Assembly: GCA_030390025.1 (NCBI GenBank)
Contig: CM059432.1
Location: 9,486,001 to 9,550,000 of the forward strand
DNA: 64,000 nt
From: Squalus acanthias
Taxonomy: Eukaryota
Direction: 5' to 3'
How positions within the stretch are numbered: the first letter of the stretch is position 1; every line of letters begins with the position of its first letter. This document shows, piece after piece, positions 50,646-63,332 of the stretch. A model generated the notes under the pieces. It was not told where the DNA came from and ran no database searches. It was given only the letters and a program-made list of their open reading frames with translations. A program made the translations under genes and the position numbers.

Positions 50646-51009
50646 GATTTGGAATACTTGAACAAGAGAAATTTGCAGGACTAAGGGGAAAGAGCAGGGG
50701 AGTGGGACTAATTGGAGAGCTCTTTCAAAGAGCAAGCACAGGCACGATGGGCTGAATGGCCTCTTTCTGTGCTGTATCATTCTTCAATTCTATGGCACTG
50801 CTAGGTTACGACTTTATTCTCCGTTTTAAGATTGTTTTTTACCTCAATTATTTCTAAACATAAATTTTTCAACGATAGTCCCGACCAAAATGTCATCCTC
50901 AAAGGCCGAGCATAATAAATATCTGGGACAAAGACTTCCAGTGTAAAATGTCATAAAACAAAGATGGGAAGGTAAATGCTGTTGCATGGCTGATTAACAC
51001 AAGGTTATC

Positions 51010-51840
51010 ATAGATCATAGAATGAGAGCTATCCAATTAGGCCCACACCACTGCCCTTTCCAAACAGCCCTGAAAAATTTTCCCATTCCAAGTACTTCTC
51101 CTTACTTAACTTTTGAGAGTTAGTATTGAATCTGCTTCCATCACCTCTTCAGGTAGTGCGTTCCAGAACTCGCTGCAACAAATAAAAACTCTCCTCATAA
51201 GAACATAAGAATTAGGAGCAGGAGTCGGCCATTCGGCCCCTCGAGCCTGCTCCACCATTCAATAAGATCATGGCTGATCTTTGACCTCAACTCCACTTTC
51301 CTGCACGATCCCCATATCCCTTGATTCCCTTAATATCCAAAAATCTATCATCTCGCCTCTGGTTCTTTTGCCAATTACCTCTGTGTCCTCTGGTTACCAA
51401 CCCTCCGGCCAGTGGCAACAGTTTCTCCTTATTAACTCTATCAAAACCCTTCATGATTTTGAACACCTCTATTACATCTCCCCTTAACCTTCTCTGCTCT
51501 AAGGAGAACAAGCCCAGCTTAGGAACACAGGAACAGGAGTAGGCCTTTCAGCCCCTCAAGCCTGTTCCATCGTTCAATGAGATCATGGCTGATCTGTATC
51601 TTAACTCCATCCACCTGTCTTGGCCCCATATCCTTTTATACCCTTGTCTAGCAAAAGTCTATCGGTCTCAGAATTAAAATGATCTAGTCTCTCCACATAA
51701 CTGAAGTCCCGCATCCCTGATACCATTCTAGTAAATCTCCTCTGCACTCTTTCTTAGGCTTTGACATCCCTGCTAAAGTGTGGTGCCCAGAATTGGACAC
51801 AATACTTCAGCTGAGGCCTAACCAGTGATTTATAAAGGTT
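51010..51840 (-). mobile_element. CR1 3' fragment with two nested short CR1 3' ends (about 51197-51348 and 51520-51680)
   Basis: Host sequence resumes after each insert; three separate tails are present. Confidence 0.78.
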
Positions 51841-52557
51841 CTTCAATCATAAGGATCTTGTAAGATGAGCTTTCATTCTTGCAATGCACACTTTCTAAGA
51901 TGCAGCAATCCATTCTCTGACTTCAATTATTAAAAGTAATATCTCAACAAATCCCAGGTTGGCAAGTTTAAGGATTTTTTTTTTCTTCTTGATTTATTTC
52001 AAAGGTATAGGAGTTAATAAATTTGGATCATCAATTGCAAAAAGGTAGATTTTGCAGACTTGGAGCTCCCTGGACCTTTCTCCATTGACATGATGGGAGA
52101 GACCTGGTTCACCTAAAGATTAGTATCAGCATGGGAACTAAGGAAAAATTCTATCAAAAAGGGATGGCTGCTATTTCTGAATTATTTACAAGGCATATGA
52201 TACATGGTTAGGTGATCCAACTATTCTATTTGTTTGGTGATCTCAGAGTTTACTTACTTCCCTCCATGCCAATCAGGTTTGATCCCCTTATATTTGTTGT
52301 AATGCACTGGTAGAAACGTCACCATAATATATACCAAATGTGTTTGGTTTATAGCAGTAGTTTTCTTCTCCTGCCCGCTGCACACTTTTAGACTTCTGTA
52401 CCCAGGCTCCAAGTGACAAATGCACTCCAGACCTGCATAAAGCTGATATATGTGGCATCACAATGAGTGCCCACTATTCAGCTTCTCAATACAGATTCAA
52501 GGAGCCTACGGCCACTATACTACTCAATGACTAGAAGTATATTTATAAAATCTGAAT

Positions 52558-53304
52558 GGCCCGTATTTTCCGATGCCTACGGGTGGGTTCGTGCTGTGTA
52601 CTCACCCGTAGGGACATCGGAAATGCCGGTTTCAGGCATGCGAAGTGCATGCGCTGAAAACCGGCATTTCCGATCTGTCAAGAATCCTCTTGACAGATCG
52701 GACGCCTGCCCTGGAGAAGGGCCTCTGCGGGGGGGAGAGTTCCGCTTTCTGCAGAACCTCCGTCCGCAAAAAACTCTTAAAAATCTTACGCCTGGTAAAA
52801 GCAGGCATAAGGCCGGTTTTTACCAGCATAAGAGTTTAAAAAAGTAAACATTCATTTATAATTTTAAAATACTTTTAAAAAAAGGTATGTTTATTTTTAG
52901 CCCCGTAAAAAACTTTAATTATTTTTTTCAAAAAATTAAATTTTTGTTTAAAATATTTATTTTTTTGTAATTTCAACTCATTTTAAAAACGTGATGTTTT
53001 TTTTTAATGTATTTATGTTTTAGTGTCTTTTTTAAAGTGATCCCCATTCATATATTTGACGGGTCTATCTGTCAAAAGTATGAAGGGTGATTCCCTTCTC
53101 CTATTGGCTGGCCTGGCCCACGTGATCCCAGGGACGCTTGCGAACCGCCTGCGCCCCTAGGATACGTGGGCCCTGCGCATTTCATAGAGCAGAGGCCCAG
53201 GATCGGAAATGGCCGCACCTCGGGAGCCCTCAGTTAAGGGCGTAGATTTCTTCCCGATAGGAGGCATCCGCACGCAGGAAGCCTCCTATCGGAAATTACA
53301 GGCC
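52558..53304. mobile_element. MITE with GGCC termini (Harbinger-like, third family)
   Basis: Ends GGCCCGTATTTTCC and GGAAATTACAGGCC; perfect 3-bp TSD AAT. Homologous to 11846-12614. Confidence 0.82.
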
Positions 53305-53329
53305 AATATTTTTAAATGGTAGAAGATAA

Positions 53330-53900
53330 TTCTTTCCATCGCACACACCGCCTACTTCCACCTCTGTAGTGTTGCCGATCTCTACCCCTGCCTCAACCCA
53401 CCTGCTGCTGAATCTCCCATCAATGACATTGTCACCTCCAGACTTGACAATCCCAAGGCTCTCCTGGCTGGCCTCCCATCCTCTTTAAACTTCAGCTCTG
53501 CTCCCCCATTCTATCTTGCACCAGGTCGAGCTCACCCATCCTTGCAGACCTACATTGGCTTCCAAGTCCCCCCAAAGCCTCGAATTTAAAATTCTCATCC
53601 TCGTGTTGGTTTCCCTTCATGACCTTGCCCCTCCCCATCTCTGGAACCTTCTCCCGCCCTACAATCTTCCAGAATTTTCAATTCCTCCAACTATGGCCTC
53701 TTCCTTCATTGGCGGCCGCTGCTTAGACCCCACACGCTGGAATTCCCTCCTTGAACCCCTCCACCGCTCCACCTCCAGCTCCTCCTTTAAGAACTTTCTT
53801 AAGACCAAGCTGTTGATCGCCCCTCCTACTATCTCCTTCTCCGGCCCAGCGTCCATTTTTTGCCTGATGATGTCTCTGTGAAGCACCCTGGAGACATTTT
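53330..53900 (+). mobile_element. Diverged L2 fragment; its tail resumes at about 54730-54770 after the CR1
   Basis: FKILILV..SLHDLAP; WNSL...FK.FLKT. Confidence 0.75.
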
Positions 53901-53901
53901 T

Positions 53902-54725
53902 AGAACATAAGAACATAAGAAATAGGAGCAGGAGTAGGCCATTTGGCCCTTCGAGCCTGCTCCGCCATTCAATGAGATCATGGCTGATCTTCTGCCTCAA
54001 CTCCATTCACTGGCCCTATCGCCATATCCCTGGATGCCCTTACTAGTCAGAAATCTATTGACTTCTGTTTTGAATATACCCAATGACTGAGCCTCCACAG
54101 CCCTCTGGGGTAGAGAATTCCAAAGATTCACCACCCTCTGTGTGAAGACATTTCTTCTCATCTCAGTCCTGAATGGCCTACCCTTTATCCTGAGGCTGTG
54201 GCCCCTGGTTCTAGACTCCCCAGCCAAGGGAAACATTCTCCCAGCATCCACCCTAGCAAGCCCTGTAATAATTTTGCATGCTTCAATGAGATCCCCTCTC
54301 ATTCTTCTGAATTCAAGAGAATACAGGCCTAGTTTACTCAATCTCTTCTCATACGACAGTCCCGCCATCCCAGGAATCAATCTCGTGAACCTTTGTTGCA
54401 CTCCTTCTATGGCAAATATATCCTTCCTTAGGTAAGGAGATCAAAATTGTACACAGTACTCCAGGTGTGGTCTCACCAAGGCCCTATATAATTGGAGTAA
54501 GACTTCTTTACTCCTGTTCTCAAATCCTCTTGTAATGAAGGCCAGCATACCATTTGCCTTCCTAATGACTTGCTGCACCTGCACATTTACTTTCAGTGAC
54601 TCATGTACAAGGACACCCAGGTCCCTTTCAGCATCTGCATTCCCCAATCTTTCACCATTTAGGAAATACTCTGCCTTTCTGTTTTTTCTACCAAAGTGGA
54701 TAACTTCACATTTATCCACCTTATA
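53902..54725 (-). mobile_element. 5'-truncated CR1 LINE
   Basis: VDKCEVIHFGRKN...YCVQF*; QRVVNLWNSLP. Confidence 0.92.
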
Positions 54726-56814
54726 TTTTTGTACATTAACGGTGCTATATAAATGCAAGTTGTTGCTGCTGCCATTGACCTTCAGGGTTATTTAACTACA
54801 GGTCATTCTTCAGTCAATTTTAACACTTTAATTCATAAAGAACAGAGATAAGCAAGTTTTTCTTTGTTGTTTTCGCCCACTGACAACATCCTGAGATTGT
54901 GCAATTTTGAAATATCCGATTGTTAAGATTATGACTTTGCTAGTGGGAATGAAGAAACAATTCTGCCGTTCCTGTTCTATCAGTATTGACCATCCATTAA
55001 CACATCTCAAGCAGCCAACTTGCCACTTAACCAGTACAAACATTGCAAAATTCATTCAACCAGCTGGGGAGCGGGTACTTTGGGTGCAAAATGAAAAATG
55101 AGACAACTCAGACTTACCCAAAAGGCTCTGCATTTCAAATGTAAATCAGTGAAGGACTCAGATGTGAGGGCTCACTGCTCCCCTTTAATGAGCAACATAC
55201 TCTTGGTATTCCCCACAAACCCACTCACTGCGTAAAGTATGTCTTTATTAGTTTTAATGATGATTTTAGCGCTAAGTGGTAATAGGAAAGATACACAATA
55301 TATATATACTTCCAACAGCCACGAAATTCAAACTCGTGAGTTACTTGTCCTTGTTACAGTTGCCTCTAGCTGAACCATGTTGTTTTGCTACCTAATATAT
55401 CATCTACAAAATGAATGGGCTTGTTTGTGGTCGAAGGTGTGTTTGGACCCGGTCAAATTAGGCTGCATATAGTGACTGCATATAGCGGTCTATTCCCAGC
55501 CAGAGTAGAGATGATTAGGTAATTCCCCCATCAATCATGCCTGGAGATCGCACTGCTGTAAGTGACCGGGATTGATTTTACGCACATGATTCGTATTATG
55601 TAACTATCCTCCACTCACTGCATGCTGCTGGAAATAAAAACCCTGCTTTTATCGGGAGAAGTTGCTGTCGTTTTGGCCATGAGTTCTGTTTGCTGTAGTT
55701 CGTAGAGAGACTCCTTTTAAATAGACTCTGTAGACTGTTTGCTGTAGTGTCCTGTTTAAATAGACTTTGTCTGCTGAGTTGTTTGCTGTAAAATACACTG
55801 TTTGGCTGCAAGTCCTGACGCAAGTCCCGCCCCACCTCCAACCCATTGGCTGATCCAGTGGGGTCCCCCGGTCAAACCACCCAACTCACTGAACTCAGGC
55901 CACCTGCAGTCTGCCTAACACACTGCTAAGCAATGTTCCCGCAAATTTTATTTTTGGGTGCGTAACCCCTTTAAGGGGCTGCGCGGCCCACTCAAACCTC
56001 CGTGCATGTACAGCTTTTGCCATTAGAACGCTGTTGAGCCGGCTGTGCAGGAGCTGCAGGTCACTGCGCGGCCACGGAACATTGCTGCTAAGGTACTAGT
56101 GTTCCTACTGTTATGGAAATACAACATATCAAGACATCTCACCCTATTCCATAGGACCTAGGAAATCCCTCATCCATGCCAATCGCTGTCCTTTAGACAA
56201 ATCTAGGCTTCTCTGAAGATAGCTTACTGAACATTCCAGACTCCGCCGTAAGTGTTGTTGTCTTACTCTGACAAATCCCCAGGTGATGGTGACTGTTTAT
56301 CTCAATGGATGATTTAAGCATTAAATTGCCCTGACTCAAATCCCACTGGACACCGGGAGCATCGACTGAAACAACACTGACTTTTCCCTTGTTAATACTA
56401 AAAACGATTTTTTTTTTTTAAGTAATTTCAAACATCATTGAAATAATCTCACAGGAGAATTCAAAATGTCTTGACTGCATTATGAAAATTATGAAATAGT
56501 CTTTGCTTGAAGGTGTGAAAATGAACTTTTAGAAACCAGCGCCTTGAAATTAGGCTTTTCCAGCATTAGCATCTAAACGTTTAAGATGGTCGTATGAAAT
56601 TCCGTTGTCTACTTTTTATTGGAAATATGGGACAACGGAATCTCAACGAATGTGCAAGTGTCACTAATGCTGATATTTAGACTCGAGTCTATTACTGGAA
56701 CTGAATGATTGAACTAGTAAAGTTTGAGCTCGATGATTCTCGCTCCTCTCAATTTATTCACCTTGATCTTTCAGAATCTACCAAAAGTGGTAGCACATGT
56801 ACCCAAACAATATC

Positions 56815-57208
56815 ACGTTAATGCTGTTTCGCTCTCCACAGATGCTGAGTATTTCCAGCATTCTCTGTTTTTATTTCAGACTCTATAACCATTGACACCT
56901 CCTCTGGACCCATCTTTTCTTTCTTTGCTTGTCTCATTACCACCACCTTTTGCCTCGCACCAGCGACCCTTTTGTCATTTCATCACTCCTGCCTTCCACC
57001 CTGTCACAGACCTTCACTTAGGTTCCCCCCCCTTCCCCACTTTCCCTGGGCTCTGTACTTGATTATAAACTGTTGCATCTCTAACTTCTTCCAGTTCTGA
57101 TGAAAGGTCATCGATCTCCACAGATGCTGCCTGACCTGCTGAGTGTTTGCCAGCAGTTTCCGTTCTCAAATACAGATTTCCAGCATCCGCAGTATTTTGC
57201 TTTTGTAT
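56815..57208 (+). mobile_element. Decayed Penelope-like fragment with a partial direct repeat and a truncated hammerhead
   Basis: TCTCCACAGATGCTG...TTTCCAGCA occurs twice. CAGTTCTGATGAAAGGTCATCGA lacks the GAAA half. The tail GATTTCCAGCATCCGCAGTATTTTGCT is also seen at 4896-4922. Confidence 0.65.
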
Positions 57209-57993
57209 CACGTTCTGCGTGTTTCGATCAGAGGTTTGGCGCCGTCTTAGAGAGGTTACAAAACAGCACTTCTGAAGCCAACATAAAGCATGTCGTAGAG
57301 AAATGACACAGATAACTTTTAAAGGCTACCTCAACATTACAAAGTTATCATATCCTGTGGGCTACTGGGATCTATACTGAGAAGCTGAACCGCGAGCACT
57401 TACTGTCCACGAACATTGCCCAGGTCTGCCACCTGTGAGTAACTCGATTTTAAATAACTGAAAGTGACTTTTAAAAACCGTACAGAACCATTTGCCAGTA
57501 ATATTGGGGTACAGCAGTCAGTTTCTTAGTAAACTAAAAAAATATATATATTTGAAAGCTTTTAAAATGTGCCTATTAGTGTCCTTGCGCCCAAAAGAAC
57601 CTGCTTAACTTTTAGAGCCCCCTCGAAGGCTCGCAAACGAGCGCAATTAGCGGAAACTCGCCCACCATGGTGATTAAAGTGATCGGGGGCGTGGCGAGTT
57701 TTGTGGGCAAAAGATCGCGGAAACTCGATTTGCGCTGGAGGTGATTTGCGCTTAAAATTCCGCGATCTTTTGCGCCGGTTACGCCGTATTTCGGGCGAAT
57801 TGCGCCGAAAAAAAAAACAGTGCTTACCGAGCGGAAAATTTGTAACTGACGACTAAAGTATGAAAGAAGCCAACAGCGTGTTAATGTGCAGCGCGTAATG
57901 TAATCTGTTGCTCAGTTAAACCAACCAGAAAAATATCACAGCGAGATCTGGACGAATAATCTGCTGTAATGAAGAGTTAATGTGGTTCCTTAC

Positions 57994-58161
57994 TGCGGGA
58001 GAAGCGAGGTGGGTTGTCATTGACATCACTGAGAGTGACGGTGATTGATGTAGTCCCAGATAAGCCTCCCATCTGTCCAACCATATCTTTAGCTTGTATA
58101 ACCAGCAGGTAGCGATCCTTGGCCTCCCTGTCCATGTTGGGTAGCGCTGTTCTGATGATTC
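57994..58161 (-). CDS. cdh7: Cadherin-7-like type II cadherin, internal coding exon (end of EC2), 168 bp
   Basis: Minus strand reads tttcag|GA ATC ATC AGA...TCC CGC A|gtaagg. Translates (G)[55 protein letters not shown] with the cadherin DRE and DxNDNPP motifs. Closely resembles vertebrate CDH7 as recalled. Phase 1/1; absent from the ORF track. Confidence 0.93.
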
Positions 58162-58389
58162 CTGAAAGACATAACCGAAAAGATCAGTTGTAGGTCTCCA
58201 TATGTCTGAAAGACGACTGGCATGACAATGTCATTCATTCAGCATGCACCTACGTGGTGGGTCTCACGGTTTAGGGGCAGTTTCCATAGTCTCATTTAAT
58301 ACATCCCCAATCTTACTGATTTGCTTAAAGTTGTAAATCATTTAGTACGTGCGATATGTTTAAGCTCGCGCAGTGCAGGCGGCCAGTCA

Positions 58390-58960
58390 GCCCCATTGTG
58401 CCCGTGCTTTGAAAGAGCTGTCCAATTTGTCCCACTCCCCTGCTGTTTCCCCATAGCCCGGAACATTTTTCCTTTTTAAGTATATATCCAATTCCTTTTT
58501 TCATTCAAGATCATTCCAGGGAGGTAGCCCCGCTATTTAAGAAAGGAGGGAAAGAGAAAATGGGGAACTACTAGCCTGGCATCAGTAGTAGGGAAAATGC
58601 TAAAATCTATTATTAAGGACGTGGTAACAGGACACTTAGAAAATAATAAAAAGATTGGGCAGAGTCAACATGGATTTATGAAAGGGAAATCATGTTTGAC
58701 GAATCTGTTAGAGTTTTTTGAGGTTGTAACTAACAGAATAGAGAAGGGGGAACCAGTGAATGTGGTGTATTTGGATTTTCAGAAAGCATGCGATAAGGTG
58801 CCACACAAGAGGTTATTAAACAAAGTTAGGGCTCATGGGATTGGGGGTAATGTACAGAATTGGACACAAAATCCAGCTGAGGCCCAGCCAGTGATTTATA
58901 TAGGTTTAGCATAACTTCCCTCTATGCCTCTATTTACAAAGCCAAGGATTCCGTGTGCTT
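58390..58960. mobile_element. Composite CR1 fragments including a + strand RT N-terminal piece (about 58500-58852)
   Basis: SQHGFMKGKSCLTNLLEFFE...VYLDFQKA.DKVPH. Confidence 0.8.
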
Positions 58961-59069
58961 TATTTAACTTCTTCTGACTGTAATTTAAAAATATATAATT
59001 TTCAATGCAATATCAATCTCAAAACATATGAGCCTTGAAATTACACCATTTGATATTACCATATAAGAA

Positions 59070-59457
59070 AATAAGAACATAAGAAATAGGAGCAGGAGCA
59101 GGAGCAGGCCATTCGGCCCCTCGAGCCTGCTCTGCCATTCAATAAGATCATGGCTGATCTTCTACCTCAACTCCATTTTCCTGCACTATCCCCATATCCC
59201 TTGGTTCCCTTAATATCCAAAAATCTATCGATCTCTGTCTTGAATATTCTCAACGACTGAGCCTCCACAGCCCTCTGGGGTAGAGAATTCCAAAGATTCA
59301 CCACCCTCTGAGTGAAGAAATTTCACCTCATCTCAGTCCGAAATGGCCGACCCCTTATTCTGAGCCTGTGACCCCTGGTTCTAGACTCCCCAGCCGGGGG
59401 AAACAGCCTCCCTGCATCTACCCTGTCAAGCCCCTGTAAGAATTTTATATGTTTCAA
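59070..59457 (-). mobile_element. CR1 3' end
   Basis: Same family as 18741-19452; AAGAACATAAGAAATAGGAGC tail. Confidence 0.88.
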
Positions 59458-60261
59458 CGAACACTTAACTTCACTCACATCAAATTGCTTCTTCCCCAAT
59501 TTTAACGGAAACGGTGGCCCGTTTAGAATGAGCAGGTTAGCTCGCGCCTCTGCTTAAAGTGGCAGCGAGATGAACTTGAGACAAACATAAAATTAAGCGA
59601 TTGCACAATAATGTCACTCAGCTTATCTGCCAGGCTACAAATATCAATGTAAACAGCAATGTTAAAATCAAATAAAAACGGATGTAAAATATTGTGGTGA
59701 GAACGCCTGGCTCGGTTTTAGTGTGATGAGTCATCTCACTCAATTTAATGATGTTCTGTGCTTCATAATTCGGCATTCAAAATAATGAAGAGAGAAGTTA
59801 GTTAGCTTTGTTCCTTGACAGACCTGTTAGCTTTGTCAGGCCAGATGTAGCATTTAACCAATATCGCGGAAATGCTGTGACTCTTTAAGACAGCAACGAT
59901 TAATAATGCAAGGGAATGCCGATTTAGTTTGCCTCCATAAAGTCGCATTGCGATGTTCCGACTCTTGCACGACTTATCGTAATAGCATTACAAAGTCTTA
60001 ACTAATCTCTGATAACTAAAATGTGATCATTGCTCGATCCGCGACGCACTACCAGACGGAGTGTGTGTGCAGGAGAAAGAGTAGAGTTGGCAGCAGTCCT
60101 CTGCAATAAATTGCTTTTTAACGTGAGTTAGTAGCTCAACGAAGCGCATATTCAATTCTTGTTAATAACGGCAATAGTGGTGTCGATCTCCCTCCACTCT
60201 GCATATTAAGAGATCCCGAAACAGTTTGCCATCAAGGCCTTGTCCTCCCTCAGTCAACATT

Positions 60262-61225
60262 TTTTTAAATTAATTCGTGGGATGTGGGCGTCGCTGGCAA
60301 GGCCAACATTTATTGCCCATCCCTAGTTGCCCTTGAGAAGGTGGCGGTGAGCCGCCTTCTTGAACCGCTGCAGTCCGTGTGGTGAAGGTACTCCCACAGT
60401 GCTGTTAGGGAGGGAGTTCCAGGATTTTAACCCAGCGACGATGAAGGATCGGCGATATACTTCTAAGTCAGGATGATGTGTGACTTGGAGGGGAATTTGG
60501 AGGTGGTGGTGTTTCCATGCGCCTGCTGCCCTTGTCCTTCTAGGTGGAAGAGGTCGCGGGTTTGGGAAGTGCTGCCGAAGAAGCCTTGGTGAGTTGCTGC
60601 AGTGCATCTTGTAGATGGTACACACTGCAGCCATGGTACGCCGGTGGTGGAGGGAGTGAATGTTTAAGGTGGTGGATGGGGTGCCAATCAAACGGGCTGC
60701 TTTGTCCTGGATGGTGTCGAGCTTCTTGAGTGTTGTTGGAGCTGCACTCATCCAGACAAGTGGAGAGTGTTCCATCACACTACTGACTTGTGCCTTGTAG
60801 ATGGTGGAAAGGCTTTGGGGAATCAGGAGATGCGACACTCGCCACAGAAAACCCAGTCTCTGACCTGCTCTTGTAGCCACAGTATTTATGTGGCTGGTCC
60901 AGTTAAGTTTGTGGTCAATGGTGACCCCAGGATGTTGATGGTGGGGGATTCCACAATGGTAATACTGTTGAATCTCAAGGGGTGGTGGTTAGACTCTCTC
61001 TTGTTGGAGATAGTCGTTGCCTGGCACTTGTGTGGCGCAAATGTTACCTGCCACTTATCAGCCCAAGCCTGGATGTCGTCCAGGTCTTGCTGCATGCGGG
61101 CATGGACTGCTTCATTATCTGAGGAGTTGCGAATGGCGCTGAACACTGTGCAGTCATCTGCGAACATCCTCACTTCTGAACTTATGATGGAGGGAAGGTC
61201 ATTGATGAAGCAGCTGAAGAAGGAA
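60262..61225 (-). mobile_element. 5'-truncated CR1/L2-group LINE (distinct family) with the RT catalytic motif
   Basis: RMFADDCT...WADKWQVTFAPHKCQ; AGQRLG.L.RV...IYKAQV.SVME; frameshifted. Confidence 0.85.
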
Positions 61226-61989
61226 CTCCTGCAGCGATGTCAGATATACAGAACGCACATTTAATATGTAAATTCCCGTCCTTTACTTTGAAGAATGTTC
61301 GCACAACAGGTTTTCAAATAGATATTTTTCACTTATTAACAGCCCCACTTACGACTAATGAGAAACTGTTCCCAGCCTTTCCAGGTGGGTGGTGGTCGGG
61401 GAGGGGTTTCAGGTCAGTAATTCTCCTCTTCTATTTAATCACGTGTAAAAACTGGCTGCATGAAATCTCCTAATGATAAAAGCCTTTCCAATTTTGACAT
61501 TTATGGGCTGCTTGTGTCCTCTAACCAGCAGTAGTGCTCACTGTCATGCGATCCTCTGCCACCAATGGGCTGCTAATGATCTCTCCGAAGCAATAATGGA
61601 CGTTCGCGGTAAGTGGAAAAGTATGTTCACTTTTAAAAACTAGCTTTTGTTTCCTGTGTCGATGAAATGATTAAAAATTAATTAGTGCCAGGAGCCCGAT
61701 AGTGTGCATTCAGCAGAAGCTGTAACGAGGCTCAGCTCTTCGTTTAGCAGGAATTAAACAGGAATTATAATTCCTCACCAGCACTTAAGAGTCCGATTCA
61801 CAAGTTTCTGTGATTCATTGGAGAATTTCACCTCTTGATATAATTGTGTCGTGCCGAAACTTCTCGCTGGAACTATGAGCTTAAAGCAATTTTATAGTTC
61901 AGTTAAAAAAAAAACTTAGTGGTAAAGGGATAATTAGTGCTTGTGTTGGTATCTTAAGAATCATTACACAGGCTTGCAGGTCTCCGGGC

Positions 61990-62670
61990 AACAACAAATA
62001 CTTGCATTTATATAGCGCCTTTAATGTAGTAAAACGTCCCAAGGTGCTTCACAGCAGCGATTATCAAACAGAATGTGACACCGAGCCACATAAAGAGATA
62101 TTAGGTCAGATGACCAAAAGCTTGGTCAAAGTGGTAGGTTTTAAGGAGCGTCTTAAAGGAGGAGAGAGAGGTAGAGAGGCGGAGAGGTTTAGGGAGGGAA
62201 TTCCAGAGCTTAGGGCCGAGGCAGCTGAAGGTACGGCCGCCAATGGTGGAGCGATTAAAATCGGGGATGCTCAAGAGGGCAGAATTGAAGGGTTGTAGGG
62301 CTGGAGGAGATTACAGAGATAGGAAGGGGTGAGCCGATGGAGGGATTTGAAAGCAAGGATGAGAATTTTAAAATCGAGGCGTTGCCAGACCGGGAACCAA
62401 TGTAGGTCAGCAAGCACAGGGGTGATGGGTGAATGGGGCCTGTAACAAGTTAGGACAGGTGACCAAAAGCTTGGTCAAAGAGGTAGGCTTTAAGGAGCAT
62501 CTTAAAGGAGGAAAGAGCGAGGTAGAGAGGCGCAGAGATTGAGAGAGGGTATTCCAAAGCTTAGGGCCGAGGCAGCTGAAGGCACGGCCGCTAATGGTGA
62601 GGTGAAGGAAATCGGGGATGCGCACAAGGCCAGAATTGGAGGAACGCAGAGGTCTTGGAGGGTTGTAGAG
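61990..62670 (-). mobile_element. Two tandem L2 3' fragments
   Basis: GACCAAAAGCTTGGTCAAAG block occurs twice; L2 tail at 61990-62020. Confidence 0.85.
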
Positions 62671-62977
62671 CCAAGTCAGATATTATGCTGTATGATAAGG
62701 ACAGGTGTGTTATACTACCGAATACATAATAAGGCCAATTTTGTCTCTGAACTGGAGAGAGCAGTACCTGAAATTTAAAGGTACACCCTTCAGCGGAAGC
62801 CCTGGGAAGTCCTGGGCAAGGTAAATTGGAGAGAGAGCCAATGTATTTGGTCTCCGCTCCGTTTTCCTGGCCTTCGTGCGCAGTGAATGAACGTTCCTCA
62901 GAGGCAGAGGTCAGGAAAATCAACCCTGATTGATTAGTCCGCTGCCAAAGTGGAGCCACTATCTTTTAAGGCCACAA

Positions 62978-63332
62978 AGTCTAGGGTAGATGCTGAGAGG
63001 CTGTTTCCCCTGGCTGGAGAATCTAGGCCTAGGGGGGGTCACAGACTCAGGATAAGGGGTCGGCCAATTTTGGACTGAGATGAGGAGAAATTTCTTCACT
63101 CAGAGGGTGGTGAATCTTTGGAATTCTCCACCCCAGAGGGCTGTGGATGCTGAGTCATTGAGTATATTCAAGGCTGAGAGCGATAGATTTTTGGACACTA
63201 AGGGAATCGAGGGATATGGGGATTGGGCGGGAAAGTGGAGTTGAGGTCAATGATCAGCCATGATCTTATTGAATGGCGGAGCAGGCTCGAGGGGCCGAAT
63301 GGCCGACTCCTGCTCCTAATTCTTATGTTCTT
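62978..63332 (+). mobile_element. CR1 3' end
   Basis: GAGATGAGGAGAAATTTCTTCACTCAGAGGGTGGTGAATCTTTGG...TTCTTATGTTC tail. Confidence 0.88.

Noticed and set aside
57092..57115. Fourth hammerhead motif
   Set aside because: The 3' side of stem II and the GAAA core are deleted, so it cannot fold.
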